Source: Malacoraja senta (lineage: Eukaryota). From it: a stretch of 64,000 nt of DNA. Shown one piece after another: positions 1 through 10,769 of this stretch; within the stretch, counting starts at the first letter, position 1, and every line of letters begins with the position of its first letter. Under the pieces are notes generated by a model that was not told where the DNA came from, ran no database searches, and saw only the letters and a list, made by a program, of their open reading frames with translations. The stretch is from NCBI GenBank assembly GCA_038087875.1, contig CM075977.1:35030001-35094000 (forward strand), written 5' to 3'. The translations under genes and the position numbers were made by a program.

Positions 1-165
1 CGGCGGCCGTGCTGATCGCGGCACTGTAGCGGTGGCTGTGGCGGCGGCCGTGCCGCACACGTGCCTCACTGGCGGTGCAAGTTCGACGCACGGCGCTCGA
101 GCCACACTGGCGGCGGCTGTGGAGGCGGCCGTGCCGCACTCGTGCATCACTGGCAGAGGCTGTGC
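1..165. repeat. GC-rich degenerate tandem repeat (GGCGGCTGTGGCGGCGGCCGTGCCGCAC-like units), truncated by the window edge
   Basis: Recurrent ggcggccgtgc(c/t)g and ggcgg(c/t)(g)gctgtgg motifs at ~2, 30-58 and 110-140. Confidence 0.6.
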
Positions 166-438
166 GGTAGGAAAATATTTTTGAACAGTGTAGGTTTTAT
201 TTTAGCACCGTGCGGTGTTGGGAACAACGCCGCAAGGCCCCGGAATTGTGCGTTTGACCAAGTGCGCGGTCTATGGCGGCCCAGGAGCGATAGATTGTTC
301 CTGTTTCGCCGCCAATGACCGCAGACTCGTGAGACAGGCCTTTTACAAAGAAGCTGATTGGGATTGAGAAACCTCACTAAAAGGAAGGAATACGAAAAGA
401 GAAACATAGTAGCTGGTGTCAAAGAGAATAAGAACTCA

Positions 439-767
439 TAGCCCTGTCCCACGGTACGAGTTCATTCCAAGAGCTCTCCCGTGTTTAAAAAAAACAAACT
501 CGTGGTAAGCACGGAGAATGAACGTAGCGGGTACGTCGGAGCTCGGGGACGTCTCTTAGCAGCTCGTAACGCTAACGGCAGGTACTCGGGAAGACTCACT
601 AATGGCAAGTAAGCACGGGAAGACTCGTGAAGATTTTTCAACATGTTGAAAAATGTCCACGAGAGCCCCGAGTACCGACGAGTGGGCATTACCGTAAATC
701 TCCGAGTTCGAATCAGGGCAAACTCGGGAGAGCTCTTGGAATGAACTCGTACCGTGGGACAGGGCTT
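439..767. mobile_element. PIF/Harbinger-type MITE
   Basis: ~40-bp TIR (gccctgtcccacggtacgagttcattccaagagctctccc, 441-480, with its inverse ending at 765); 3-bp TSD TCA at 436-438 and 768-770; no ORF. Confidence 0.85.
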
Positions 768-1692
768 TCAAGGGAACTAAACTGGCACTAGGGAGAGAAG
801 AAATAAACTTATTGCGCAGGAGGTACGGGAGTAGGGAAAGGAGCTATTGTACAAACTTGTTACCAAGTTGTTGTGCCTCCAGGACAGTATAACTTACAAC
901 ATGCTACTATCTGGGAGTGAGGTAAAGAGTATGTGGTCCCTTAAGAATGGGCAGAAGACTCAGCTGGTAGGATGTGTAGTTATTATCTCCATTCAGGTAG
1001 CTCCCCAGAGAGCAAAGACCAACAACAAATAAGAAATGATACTGTCCTGTCCCTTTAAGATACATCTGGGAGAGGCCAACAATTGGCTGCTCCCAGGAAT
1101 TTCTACTCCTTTGAAACTAACATCGAGGAAGAAGAAGATACCTACCCTAGTGCCCAACTTTAACATAACATAACGTTTGACACCAGTGAAGGGAAAAGAA
1201 CAACATCCAACATTTTCTAAAGAAGGCTCCGATTTGAAGAATTGAATTTGGAAATTTGAAAATGAAATACTCCTCTGTGGTTCGAGGGCAAGACACTTAC
1301 TTTGCGCCTAAATTATAGTCATTAGAAATAAATTGACAAAATTTTGAATTCGATCTCTAAATTGTATGGTGATGAATTGGAAGGACTTTACAGTTTGAGA
1401 TTTGGAACTGACTTGTGAGATCTGGCTTAGGAGTATTTATAATCTGATTATTAACTTGGTATTTTTATTGTCTCATCCCCAGATAGGCAGCCAAAGATGG
1501 GAAGGATTATTCAAAGAATATCAGGGAAGGATGGAACTTGGGAAGATCTGGTAAAATGGAAGAGTTATTCAGGGAACATGAGAGCTGGCATTGAAAGAGT
1601 AAGAAAGAGGAAATGTGAATAGCAAGACTCCCCTTTGAGAGACCTAAGTTAACCGCCTAAGAAAGAGTTACTCAGTGGTAAAAGGAAACTAA

Positions 1693-2240
1693 TTATAAGG
1701 ATGCATTGAACACCCTGCGGTGCCCAGCGGTCCCGGAATCCCTCCAGGGCGCTCGTGGACAATGCGTAGTCCCTCTCTCACACCACCCGGGTATGGACAT
1801 AACCCCGGAAAAGGGGAAGGCAGCTAGCTCGGTCAGAGTCCTCTTTCGCCTGGTGCCGTGACTCACGGATGGCCAGCTTGGCCAGGCCCAGGAGCAACCC
1901 AACCAGGACATCTTCGGTCCTACCCTCTCCCCTACGCACAGGGTGTCCGAAGATGAGGATGGTGGGTGAGAAGTGCAGCCAGTAGGCAAGGAGCAGCCCT
2001 TTTAGATAATGGAACAGGGGCTGCAATCTCACACACTCCATATTCACGTGGTACACAGACTCTTCCAGCCCACAAAAGTGGCAGGCGGCACTCAAACAGC
2101 ATGGAGGGCTCTGCTGTTCTCTCGGTCACACCTCCTCTACACCAGCAGGTCTCGACCTTTTGGATGGAAAACCCACCCCTTTGTTCACGCGGCAAATATA
2201 CTTGTCCTTGCCCATAAATCTCCATTGACATCATGGGTCG
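1693..2240 (-). mobile_element. Tx1/L1-clade LINE, 3' ORF2 fragment (C-terminal zinc-binding region), decayed
   Basis: Minus-strand frames give CHFCGLEESVYHVNMECVRLQPLF...LLLGLAKLAI and FRDRWAPQG, typical of the Tx1 ORF2 C-terminus. Confidence 0.8.
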
Positions 2241-2524
2241 CTCATTTTAAGAGCAATTGATGTGCCAAATTTATTTTTTGTTTATTTTATTATGAACTTT
2301 CTACCTAAATTATCCCAATTTTATTAAAGGCTTGCAAACCCCTGGTGCTCTGTGGCGCAATTTGCCCCAGTGGTCCATGCACCATAGGTTGTGGGGCATA
2401 GTTGTAGTCTCATTGTTAGTACTTTACTTCTTCCATCACCACCCTCCTTAACCTGTACTAAGACATTGTTTCTTACTCTCTCCTGCCATCCTCCTGTCAA
2501 ATAACCTCCTCTCACAATCTTAGA

Positions 2525-2730
2525 ATACAGTCATAGAACACAGCCATAATGCACAGAAACAGGTCATCAAGCACCCATTTACAGGATCTACATTTTATTG
2601 TCCCAATGTTCCCATCAAACCCGCCTCCCCAGATTCTACCACTCATCTACACAGTAGGATCAATCAGCTGCCAAATAACCTCCTGACTCACACGTCTTTG
2701 GGATGCGAGTGGAAACAGGAACACTTCTCA
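2525..2730 (-). mobile_element. Degenerate HE1/V-SINE-like fragment
   Basis: Similar to the SINE bodies at 60450-60785 and 35940-36140 (acacgtctttgggatg...gaaac motif, acagaaacagg tail). Confidence 0.5.
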
Positions 2731-2819
2731 GAAGCTTGGGTTAAAAGGTTCAAAGGTATTTTATTGTCACGTGTACCAATTAAGGTACAGTGAAACTCGA
2801 TTTACCATACAGTCATACT

Positions 2820-3267
2820 TGTAATGGCCATTTGGCTTGTTTTGCGTGTCATTAATGATGGCATGTGTCTTTATGACGTATTCTTGGGCGTGTTTGGGGC
2901 TCTGTATCTTGCGCAGAAGCTTAGTTTTTAGTTTAGTTTGGAACGAGCCTGGAGAAGGTTTACTCTTCGACCATGCGAAGTGTAGCGGAGACACGAGGAG
3001 TTTTCTAATGTTTAAAGCAATAAGCTGGAGTTCGATGAAGATTATAGTAACGAGTCTGAAGAAGTTTGGATGTACCTTATTGTTTTCATCAACAATAAAG
3101 AATTTATTAATCAAAATACTGTGTTTTTGAAGACTTATCTGTGAAGAAGCTCTGAAGATCTCTGATGGTGAGCTCGCATGCGTATGGAGACATTCCTCTT
3201 AACCATGCTGTCCATTTAGCGGCTAGAGAGAGTAATCTCTTGAACGATATAAAAATCTGCTGCTACA
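2820..3267 (+). repeat. 5' LTR of the BEL/Pao element
   Basis: Direct repeat of 7199-7546 plus 8596-8722; begins TGT, ends ACA; AATAAA at ~3094. Confidence 0.92.
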
Positions 3268-3789
3268 TTAAGTCGAAGGAAACCTCCGGCAAAGGGGTAA
3301 ATACCAGTCTCAGAGATTGGGACAGAAGATTTGGCTAAGATCTCGGAGAGGTTTTGGCCAGAAGACCAATTCCAGCCGAGGAACTGAAGAAAATAGATCT
3401 CGGCCATAGAAGGCCTTGAGGTCTATCAACAGCATCGAGTCTGAAGACACATCACAGAAATTGTGAGTAAAAATCGATTATTATTCTTGGAATTTGAAGC
3501 TACAAGGTTTAGAAGAGCCAGAAGGTGTTTTTTCCCGTCTGTCTGGAGAAACGAGACTGACCTTGGATTGTTTGAATCTTTTGATAAACACGCATTCCTT
3601 TCGAATTATCATCATCTTTTAGCCCATGGATGTTGGAGAGATGTTCTCTAAAATATCAGTTTGTTATGGTTCTGAGTACATTTTTTTTAAATAGCCGCTC
3701 GATGTTTACATAAGGCTGGAGCAGAATTCAGAGAAGACTCTGTTCGTAAAATTTAAAGACTTGGCGATTTGCCAAGACCTCTTTAAAAT

Positions 3790-5528
3790 TATGGATCCAG
3801 AAGATGAAGAAAGAGCCGCACCTGAGGGACCACGAGGTGGTAATGAAAGACCAATTAGACAACTTAAACTCATGTATCGAGAAGAAACAGATAATTCACA
3901 AGCTGCCTGTTTGAAAGAAACCTAGAAGGAGAGAAACAAACTATGGAAACAGGTTACCAGATTAATTGAGAAACAGGTGAAATCTAATATGTACCAACTA
4001 TTGAACCTCTGCCAGGAGGTTGGCAAGAAACAAGATGTACTGCTGTGTTCACAGCCGTCTCGGGAAGAACGCAGAAGACATACCCAATGGGAAGAAGACA
4101 GGTATGAAGATATTCAATGGTTTCATGGGTAAGGCAGAGGAGTGGTTATCTGAAATTATACCACAACTTACGAGCTTAGTAGCTGGAAGTGCGAAGCAAC
4201 AAGGTGCCAGAATGGAAGATGAAAGTTCAAGCAGTGAAGAGTCTGAAAGTTCAGATGATGAGTCTCCTGCGAAAACCAAAGCACAACAAGGTTCGTACAG
4301 TGCGGTACCCCCTCCCAAAGTTCAGAATGGAAAAGCAGGCATGATCAAGAAGAAACCAGCACAGGAGTGAGTAAAATAGAAATCAGTGACTTGTCAGACG
4401 ACAGCTCAGACAGTAGTGATGAAGAGGCACCCCTAAAACCTGGCACAACAATTGCACAGAACAAAAGCTGGCCCCATGCTGGCCAAGGCGGCTGTTGCCG
4501 CTCAGAAGCCTGCGGCCAAGAAGGCCAGTACCAGCTTGGACAGCGAGTCCGATTCTGAAAGTACTGAAGAATCTTCAAGCGACGAAGAGCCTCAGTTGAA
4601 GACCCCCAGAGCCCAACTATGAATGGTAAAAGCCACGCTTTCATCACTGCCTGCAAAGTCTGCGGCCAAAAAAACCAACAGCAGCAGCAGCGGCAGCGGT
4701 AGCAGCCTAGATAGTTCAGGATATAAATCTGGTTCTTCAACCAGTTCGGTATCAAGGGCTTCTGCTCGATTGGGAGTTGAAGCTGATCTAGCTGATCTCT
4801 CAATAGAAGCGGATGCCATGAAGATGAAACATGAAATTGAGTGGAAGAAAGAAGAGATAGGAAGACAAAAAGAAGAGATAAGAAGACAAAAAGAAGAGAT
4901 GAGACAACGAGAAGAACAGATGAAAGAAGAGATGAGACAAGAAGAAGAAGAGCTGAGGCGACGAAAGGAACAACTGGAACTAGACACAAAGATGGCGGTG
5001 GCCAAGACAATGAAGGAGCTACCGGAAAGTGAGTGGTCAAGATGCAGTTCTAGAACATCGAAGGTGATGAACTCCGATTTGGGAAGAAAGATTGCTCGAA
5101 GTGATTTAGCAGTTGGATCCATTCCACAATCGAGGTCCACCGGATTTCATGGCTTTGAAAACCCATTGGAACAGAGGAAGATGGGTGAAACGTCATCTCA
5201 GCAAATGGGTGCTAGATCGAAACCAACTACTATTGGAGCGTCTGTGGATACTCGAGACAAACCAATAGCGGATCATGCTTGTCCGAGACCTGGTGCACAG
5301 ACTCAAGCAAGCCAATTTGAATCACAAAGGCTTGTTTATCAACAGGTGGTGCCAAGCCAAGGTTATCAGGATGAGTTATTGGCACTGTTGAATAGGCAAA
5401 CTGTATTCAACCAGATCATAGCTCAACAAAATACCTCTCTCATTCTACCACCAGCAGAAATTCCTACGTATGGTGGAGACCCTTTGCAGTATGAAGTTTT
5501 CACAAGGGCATCTTACCAGTACAGCTAA
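3790..5528 (+). pseudogene. gag: BEL/Pao gag region (frameshifted), including ORF 4623-5528, with an inserted NOLC1-like segment
   Basis: Ser-rich SSVSRASAR..EADLA..KHEIE coiled-coil, 21-bp EEIRRQK repeats, LPPAEIPTYGGDPLQYEVF (BEL gag/DUF1759-like); C-terminal zinc knuckles absent. Start coordinate approximate. Confidence 0.75.
4213..4720 (+). pseudogene. NOLC1: Captured intronless fragment of a Nopp140/NOLC1-like coding sequence
   Basis: Alternating acidic-Ser and K/A/P-rich tracts (EDESSSSEESESSDDESPAK..., DDSSDSSDEEAP..., KPAAKKAS..DSESDSESTEESSSDEEP) and the motif GSYSAVPPP, matching my recollection of PGPYSSVPPP in human NOLC1. Confidence 0.72.
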
Positions 5529-6815
5529 GGAACAGCAAGACGAAATCAGTGTTACAAACATGCTTTTCTGGATCACGGAAGTTCGACTACCTTTTGCACA
5601 GAAAACCTGACGAGAAGACTGAACATCACAGGAGAAGAGACTAAGATTCGATTACATACCATGACTAAAGATAAAGAGAGCAGGAGTCATTACATTACGA
5701 GTATGGAGATATCCAGTCTGGATGAAGATAATTTTATACCAATATCTGAATTGTTTACATATGGAACCATGCCTGTTGGTCGTCTGAAATAAATTCTAGT
5801 GTTGATCTACTTATCGGAACGAATGTTTTGAAGGCATTGGAACCTATACAGATTGTTAGGAGCCATGGACCGTATGCTATGAAAACCCAAATTGGATGGG
5901 TTATCTATGGCTCCTTGAAAAGGAACCATGAAAACGAGAATCAGAGGAACTATCCTACCATTGCTGTTAATCAAAGATCTACTGATAAATTAGAAAAGCC
6001 GGTGATGAAGCCATACCATTATGACTTCAAGGAAAGTACCAGCAAGGAATCTGAAGAGATGTCGAATGAAGAGTTGAAGTTCATGGATATTATGAACTAC
6101 TCAGTGAAAACTGACGGTCACTATTGTGTGGACTTACCTTTCAAACAAGAAAGTGTTAATCTGCCGAATAATCGTCGTATGGCAGAGCAACGTACCCAGA
6201 ATTTGTAACGCAAGTTTGACGAGAATACTACATTTCATGAAATAAGAATCTCTTTGAAGAATAATTTCTACATGGATGATTGCTTAAAATCCATGTCTAC
6301 TGAGCAGGAAGCAATTCTACCAGTAGAACATCTGACTTCTCTTTGCAATAAGGGAGGATTCACACTCTCCAAGTGGAACAGCGACAATTGTGAAAGCATT
6401 CCACTAGATGATAAAGCCAAAGAAACCAGAGAGTTGGATTTGAACTGAGACAATCTGCCAATGGAAAGAGCATTGGCAGTTACTAATGTTGTACAACTGA
6501 AATATGTTAACACAGAAGAAAATTCTGCAGATGAAGTTTCCAGAGAACTGACAGTGAACCGTTTCTTAAGCGAAAAGAGATGGATCAATGAACTAAAATC
6601 TCTGTGTAAGCCAGACAGAGAATGGCCAAAGCTCGAGCTGGGATTTGAAATCTCTGCTAATGATCCGGAAACTAAATCAAATCTAACGGTGAACTTTATT
6701 GCTAAAGATCCTGTTATTCTTTTGAAGGATTTTCACACTTCAACATAACTGTTACAACACATCCATGAGTTGCTCGGACATGGAGGAAGACGTTTCATGC
6801 TATCAAAGCTTTGGG
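5520..6815 (+). pseudogene. pol: BEL/Pao pol remnants (protease, partial RT/RNase H, integrase N-terminus), heavily deleted
   Basis: AFLDHGS, GPYAMKTQIGWVIYG, HYCVDLPFK, FYMDD, KYVNTEENSADEVSR and HELLGHGG, all within ~1.3 kb. Confidence 0.85.
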
Positions 6816-7009
6816 CTGTTATGTTTTGGACTATATACTGGGTATCATTCCTGATTTTAAGGGTTTGGTGCGCACAGCACGACTTTGAACTAAAACCAGC
6901 GTTTTAATAAGATTAATAATCAAGTTATGCTTGCTTCTAGAAGGCGAAAGTGAAGATGGAAGAGTCGATGAAGAATTCTGATTGCGAATATATAGTGCAT
7001 GCTATTTTT

Positions 7010-7084
7010 TCCTCGATAATATAGTGGTTAGTATCCCCGCTTGTCATGCGGTAGACCGGGGTTCAATTTCCCGACGAGGAGCCA
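7010..7084 (+). tRNA. tRNA-Asp(GTC)-derived sequence with encoded 3' CCA (probably a pseudogene in this copy), inside the BEL element
   Basis: 72-nt TCCTCGATAATATAGTGGTTAGTATCCCCGCTTGTCATGCGGTAGACCGGGGTTCAATTTCCCGACGAGGAG followed by CCA; cloverleaf with GTC anticodon; about 7-9 substitutions from the canonical vertebrate tRNA-Asp; T6 run at 7103-7108. Confidence 0.88.
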
Positions 7085-7198
7085 CGGGGTTCAATTCCCT
7101 GATTTTTTGCTTTTTGATATATGTTAAGCCTTCATGGCCACTTTTTTGATGTTTATTAATAATTGCCTCGTTATATGGTCGGATCAATTAGAGCCCGG

Positions 7199-8722
7199 TA
7201 TGGTGGCCATTTGGCTTGTTTTGCGTGTCATTAATGATGGCATGTGTCTTTAAATTTTAGACTGCCCGTTATATTGTGGGTGGGATTTATGACGTATTCT
7301 TGGGCGTGTTTGGGGCTATGTATCTTGCGCAGAAGCTTAATTTTTAGTTTAGTTTGGAACGAGCATGGAGAAGGTTTACCCTTCGACCATGCGAAGTGTA
7401 ACGGGGACACGTTTTATAATGTTTAAAGCAATAAGCTGTTCAATGAAGATTATAGTAACGTCGGAAGAAGTTTGGATGTACCTTATTGTTTTCATCAACA
7501 ATAAAACAATTATTAATCAAAAGACTGTGTTTTTGAAGACTTATCTTAGGTATGTTACAAAACTTACCTTCAGCGGCGCTGCAGTTCTGTCACTGCCCGT
7601 GTGCGCGACTTTGGCGCCTTTGAGAGGGGGGCGGGTTTAAAATGCGATATTTCGGCAGCCTGTTCTAAACGATCTTGAACAGGCTAAATAGTTGATGAAG
7701 AAAAATCGCTTCGACTGCCGTTTTATTAAGTTTATTAAAATTAGCGCTTTATAATTAAATTGTTGGAGTAAAATTAAAATCATCTTCAAATGCCATGAAC
7801 GCCGACAACGGGACGGATTTCACGCACGGGACAAGGCAAGGTACACCGTTTATTTTTTCATATAAACTTGCTTCTTAGGATGCCTTTAATAAAAATTTCA
7901 AGTTGCGAAAATGTGATTATTTAAATATACCAACCGGCAGTATTTTTGCTGCCGATATTGGGGTTTAATTCAGTGCAACCGCAGCGTTCCAAACCGGCGC
8001 GTTCCACAAAATCCCACTCGCAAGATGATTTAAATGGCCATTAATTTACAGGAATTAAACACTAAATTCCTTCCATTTGGCCTATAAATTAATGACAATG
8101 AGATTTAAAAATAATGTTATATTGTGAATTCTTGTGTGAATGTTATCTGGACACTTAGGCTTTTTAAAAATGTTAACTTTTTCTTAAGAAATGGATAGAT
8201 ATTGAGATCTAGTAATTGAATTTTGTAATTAGCTACAGTTGGGTAACTAACTAATTATATGCTTTAATTTCAGGTCATCCAAGTAAGGTTGTTTCATATT
8301 TGTTTCAGAATGCTTCAATCTATAATAACTGAAAATTTCATTAAGTTCTCTTAATTTTTAAGAAAGTTATGGGCTTTTGACTGTCCTTGATCACAGCTTT
8401 TGTGTTGTCAATGGAAAAGCAATAGGGAACAAGATGCTAATTTCCGAGTATGAAAATGGCCATAGCTTTTTTAATACTGAAGATATGAAAGTGAATTAAG
8501 TGTCAAATTAAACTTATTTTTATGCTTTATCTGATGGGATAAATTGCAGACTTGATTTTTTAAATCTCAAAATTTTGTAACATTGCTACTTATCTGTGAA
8601 GAAGCTCTAAAGGTCTCTGATGGTGAGCTTGCATGCATACGGAGACATTCCCCTTAACCATGCTGTCCATTTAGCGGCTAGGGAGAGTAATCTCTTGAAC
8701 GATATAAAAATCTGCCCCTACA
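7199..8722 (+). repeat. 3' LTR of the BEL/Pao element, interrupted at 7547-8588
   Basis: Homologous to 2820-3267 on both sides of the insertion; ends ...CCCCTACA followed by the TSD. Confidence 0.9.
7547..8588. mobile_element. Non-autonomous TIR DNA transposon (hAT- or P-like), ~1.04 kb
   Basis: TIRs TAGGTATGTTACAAAA / TTTTGTAACATTGCTA; CTTATCT duplicated at 7540-7546 and 8589-8595; the 5' LTR shows the empty site. Confidence 0.88.
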
Positions 8723-9994
8723 ATACTATAAAAAGCAACAAGACACACAACTACATAAAAGTTATCATAAATCCACCACAGCGGATTCGCCACATTTCTC
8801 ACTTTGATGGAAGGCAATAAAGTCTAATCTTCTTCATTTTTCATTCTCCCGCGGTCGGGGCAGTCGAACCATCCGCAGTCAGGGCAATCAAAGCTCCCAC
8901 ATCCGGCGATTGAAGCCCCCACGTTGGGGCGATCGAAGCTCCCATGATTGTGGCGGTCGAAGCTCCTGTGGCCTGGAGCTCCCGAAGTCGGTCCATAACC
9001 CTAAGCTCCACGACATTGAAGTTCGCAGGATCTCGCAGTTGTAGCTCCAAGGTCGATCCTCGACAGGGACCACCAGCTCCATGATGTTAAGTCCTGCAGG
9101 CTCCCGCGGTGGAGCTCCAGCAAAGGCTGCCAACTCCTCGATGTTACGCCGCAGTGCGGTCAGAGATACTATACGGAATAAAATCACTTCTCCGTCAAGG
9201 TAAGAGACTAAACAAAGTTTCCCCCGACCACCACCCTCCCCCCCCACACACACACACATAAAACAAAGCTAAAGAACACTAGAACATACATTTAACATAC
9301 TAAAAAACAACAAAGAAGGAAAAGGACGAGACAGACTGTTGGCGAGGCAGCCATTGCGGCACCACCCGGGTCAATCCTCTTTGTGACAACATAGGGCTCT
9401 GCTATGTGTTTCAGTTCCCCTGCACCCAAAGACGCATGGGTCAGGAGTCTGAGTACAGAATGACCTAGAGGCCATTTAACATCCTCATCCTGCTAAAATC
9501 TGTCTTACTTTTTGTAGGTCGGGGTCAGTTACAGAGGGGAAAAAAGACACTATCAGAAATAAATTAAAATCTAGCTATTTTTCCAAGTGTAACCTTGAAC
9601 GATGCTTTGTATGTTGCATCTAAAGAAATAGGCATGTGTTTGGAGTCATGCAGAATTTTGTTAGCCTTGTTCCTTCGCTTTGCTGACAATGAGGGGGTGC
9701 TTGTTGTCTTGACACCATGTTACTCAGCTCACTATCTCCTTCCTATACTGTTAATACTGGCCAAATTAAAGACACCATAAAATGGAGGATCCCTGCACTT
9801 GTCAGAATTGCTTAACCCTTATCAGCTGAAATTTACAGGCTTTGGATGGCGCGGGCCAGTCCAGGCTCAGACTGGTATGCAGGATGGTGAGGGGTCCAGG
9901 TGTTCTCCTGGTTTCTCCTAAATTGATAACATGTATAGCAGTTTTGCAAACAAACCCAAGATGCATCATTTTGATTGGATCGCTGCAAGGGCAT

Positions 9995-10534
9995 TGTAAA
10001 TAGTATAAATAATGTTGCAAGATGGTCAACCTGTTAATTGATGATTGGTTGAACTGTTGAGCCTTGGAGAAACTGTTTGAATCTCAGGGCACATGTTTCA
10101 ATGTTTGTTCTTGTTTGCTTCCTTCCAGAACTTTCTTTCAAATACAAGGTATTGGTTACTGTATTATTGGGTTAGGGAAATGTCTATCATGTACTGTGTT
10201 AATCGATATCTGTTATTGGACTGTATACAAACCACCCCCATGTGGTTTGGCCCCTCAAGGTTCGGGGACCTATAAAAGGCCGCTCCTACGAGGTCCTGTG
10301 TCGATCTTCCGGGAGAACGCTTAGGACTGCGCGACCTCCTGGAGTGTCTCTGCTTGCACGAGGCGAGGAGGGCTTGGTCAGGCAGATACACGGATCGAAC
10401 CCGCGGTGGTTAGTTATAGTAGTAGGGAATTGTTATTGTGTTTTTCCAAAATAAAGTTTAGATGCGCAAGAGCTTGACTCAGTGGTTTTTGACTGAAACT
10501 AGACTGGGGGGAAGCTTAGAATGAGGTATTTACA
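9995..10534 (+). mobile_element. Candidate solo LTR (ERV/Gypsy-like)
   Basis: Inverted termini TGTAAATA...TATTTACA; TATAAAA at 10271; AATAAA at 10450; no clear TSD. Confidence 0.55.
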
Positions 10535-10769
10535 ATACTTTGTCTCGTCATTATTTGAGGCCGCCTTTTGCAAACCTGTAAATGGAGTTGGAACGGAATT
10601 CCAAATGCCTTTAGAAACCTACATTATTTATGTAGGTATAATGGTCAGGTCGAGGAAAGTTCCCACCGCCATGGGTGCCATGTAATCCCATGCTACCTGC
10701 TCCATGGTCAGATAGTCGGCGACTAAACCGTCTCCCCCACCTGGTTTGCCAGGTGACGACAATAAAAAA

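Larger units (their letters stand above)
2820..8722 (+). mobile_element. BEL/Pao LTR retrotransposon, internally deleted (non-autonomous), with captured cargo
   Basis: 5' LTR 2820-3267 (TGT...ACA); 3' LTR 7199-8722; 5-bp TSD ATACT at 2815-2819 and 8723-8727; gag motif EIPTYGGDPLQYEVF; protease AFLDHGSSTTF (~5562-5595); RT NNFYMDDCLKS (~6260-6292); integrase remnant HIHELLGHGG (~6758-6787). Confidence 0.93.
2742..9369 (-). mobile_element. Non-autonomous retroelement with a Rex/Babar-type 3' tail, split into 2742-2819 and 8728-9369 by the BEL element
   Basis: Minus-strand tail gtacacgtgacaataaa plus short repeats; T-rich then G-rich 5' leader and architecture like 18716-19500; the two halves rejoin across the ATACT TSD. 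Confidence 0.65.

Noticed and set aside
4213-4720. A functional host NOLC1 gene at this locus
   Set aside because: Only an internal fragment with frameshifts and a stop, lacking the LisH and SRP40_C ends, and enclosed by LTRs
4345-5140. Long minus-strand ORFs (231 and 182 aa), hydrophobic and Ser/Leu-rich
   Set aside because: Antisense shadows of the low-complexity gag/NOLC1-like plus-strand frame
10640-10760. Possible HDV-like ribozyme or RTE 5' end (hairpin tagtcggcgacta)
   Set aside because: I could not build a consistent nested double pseudoknot by eye
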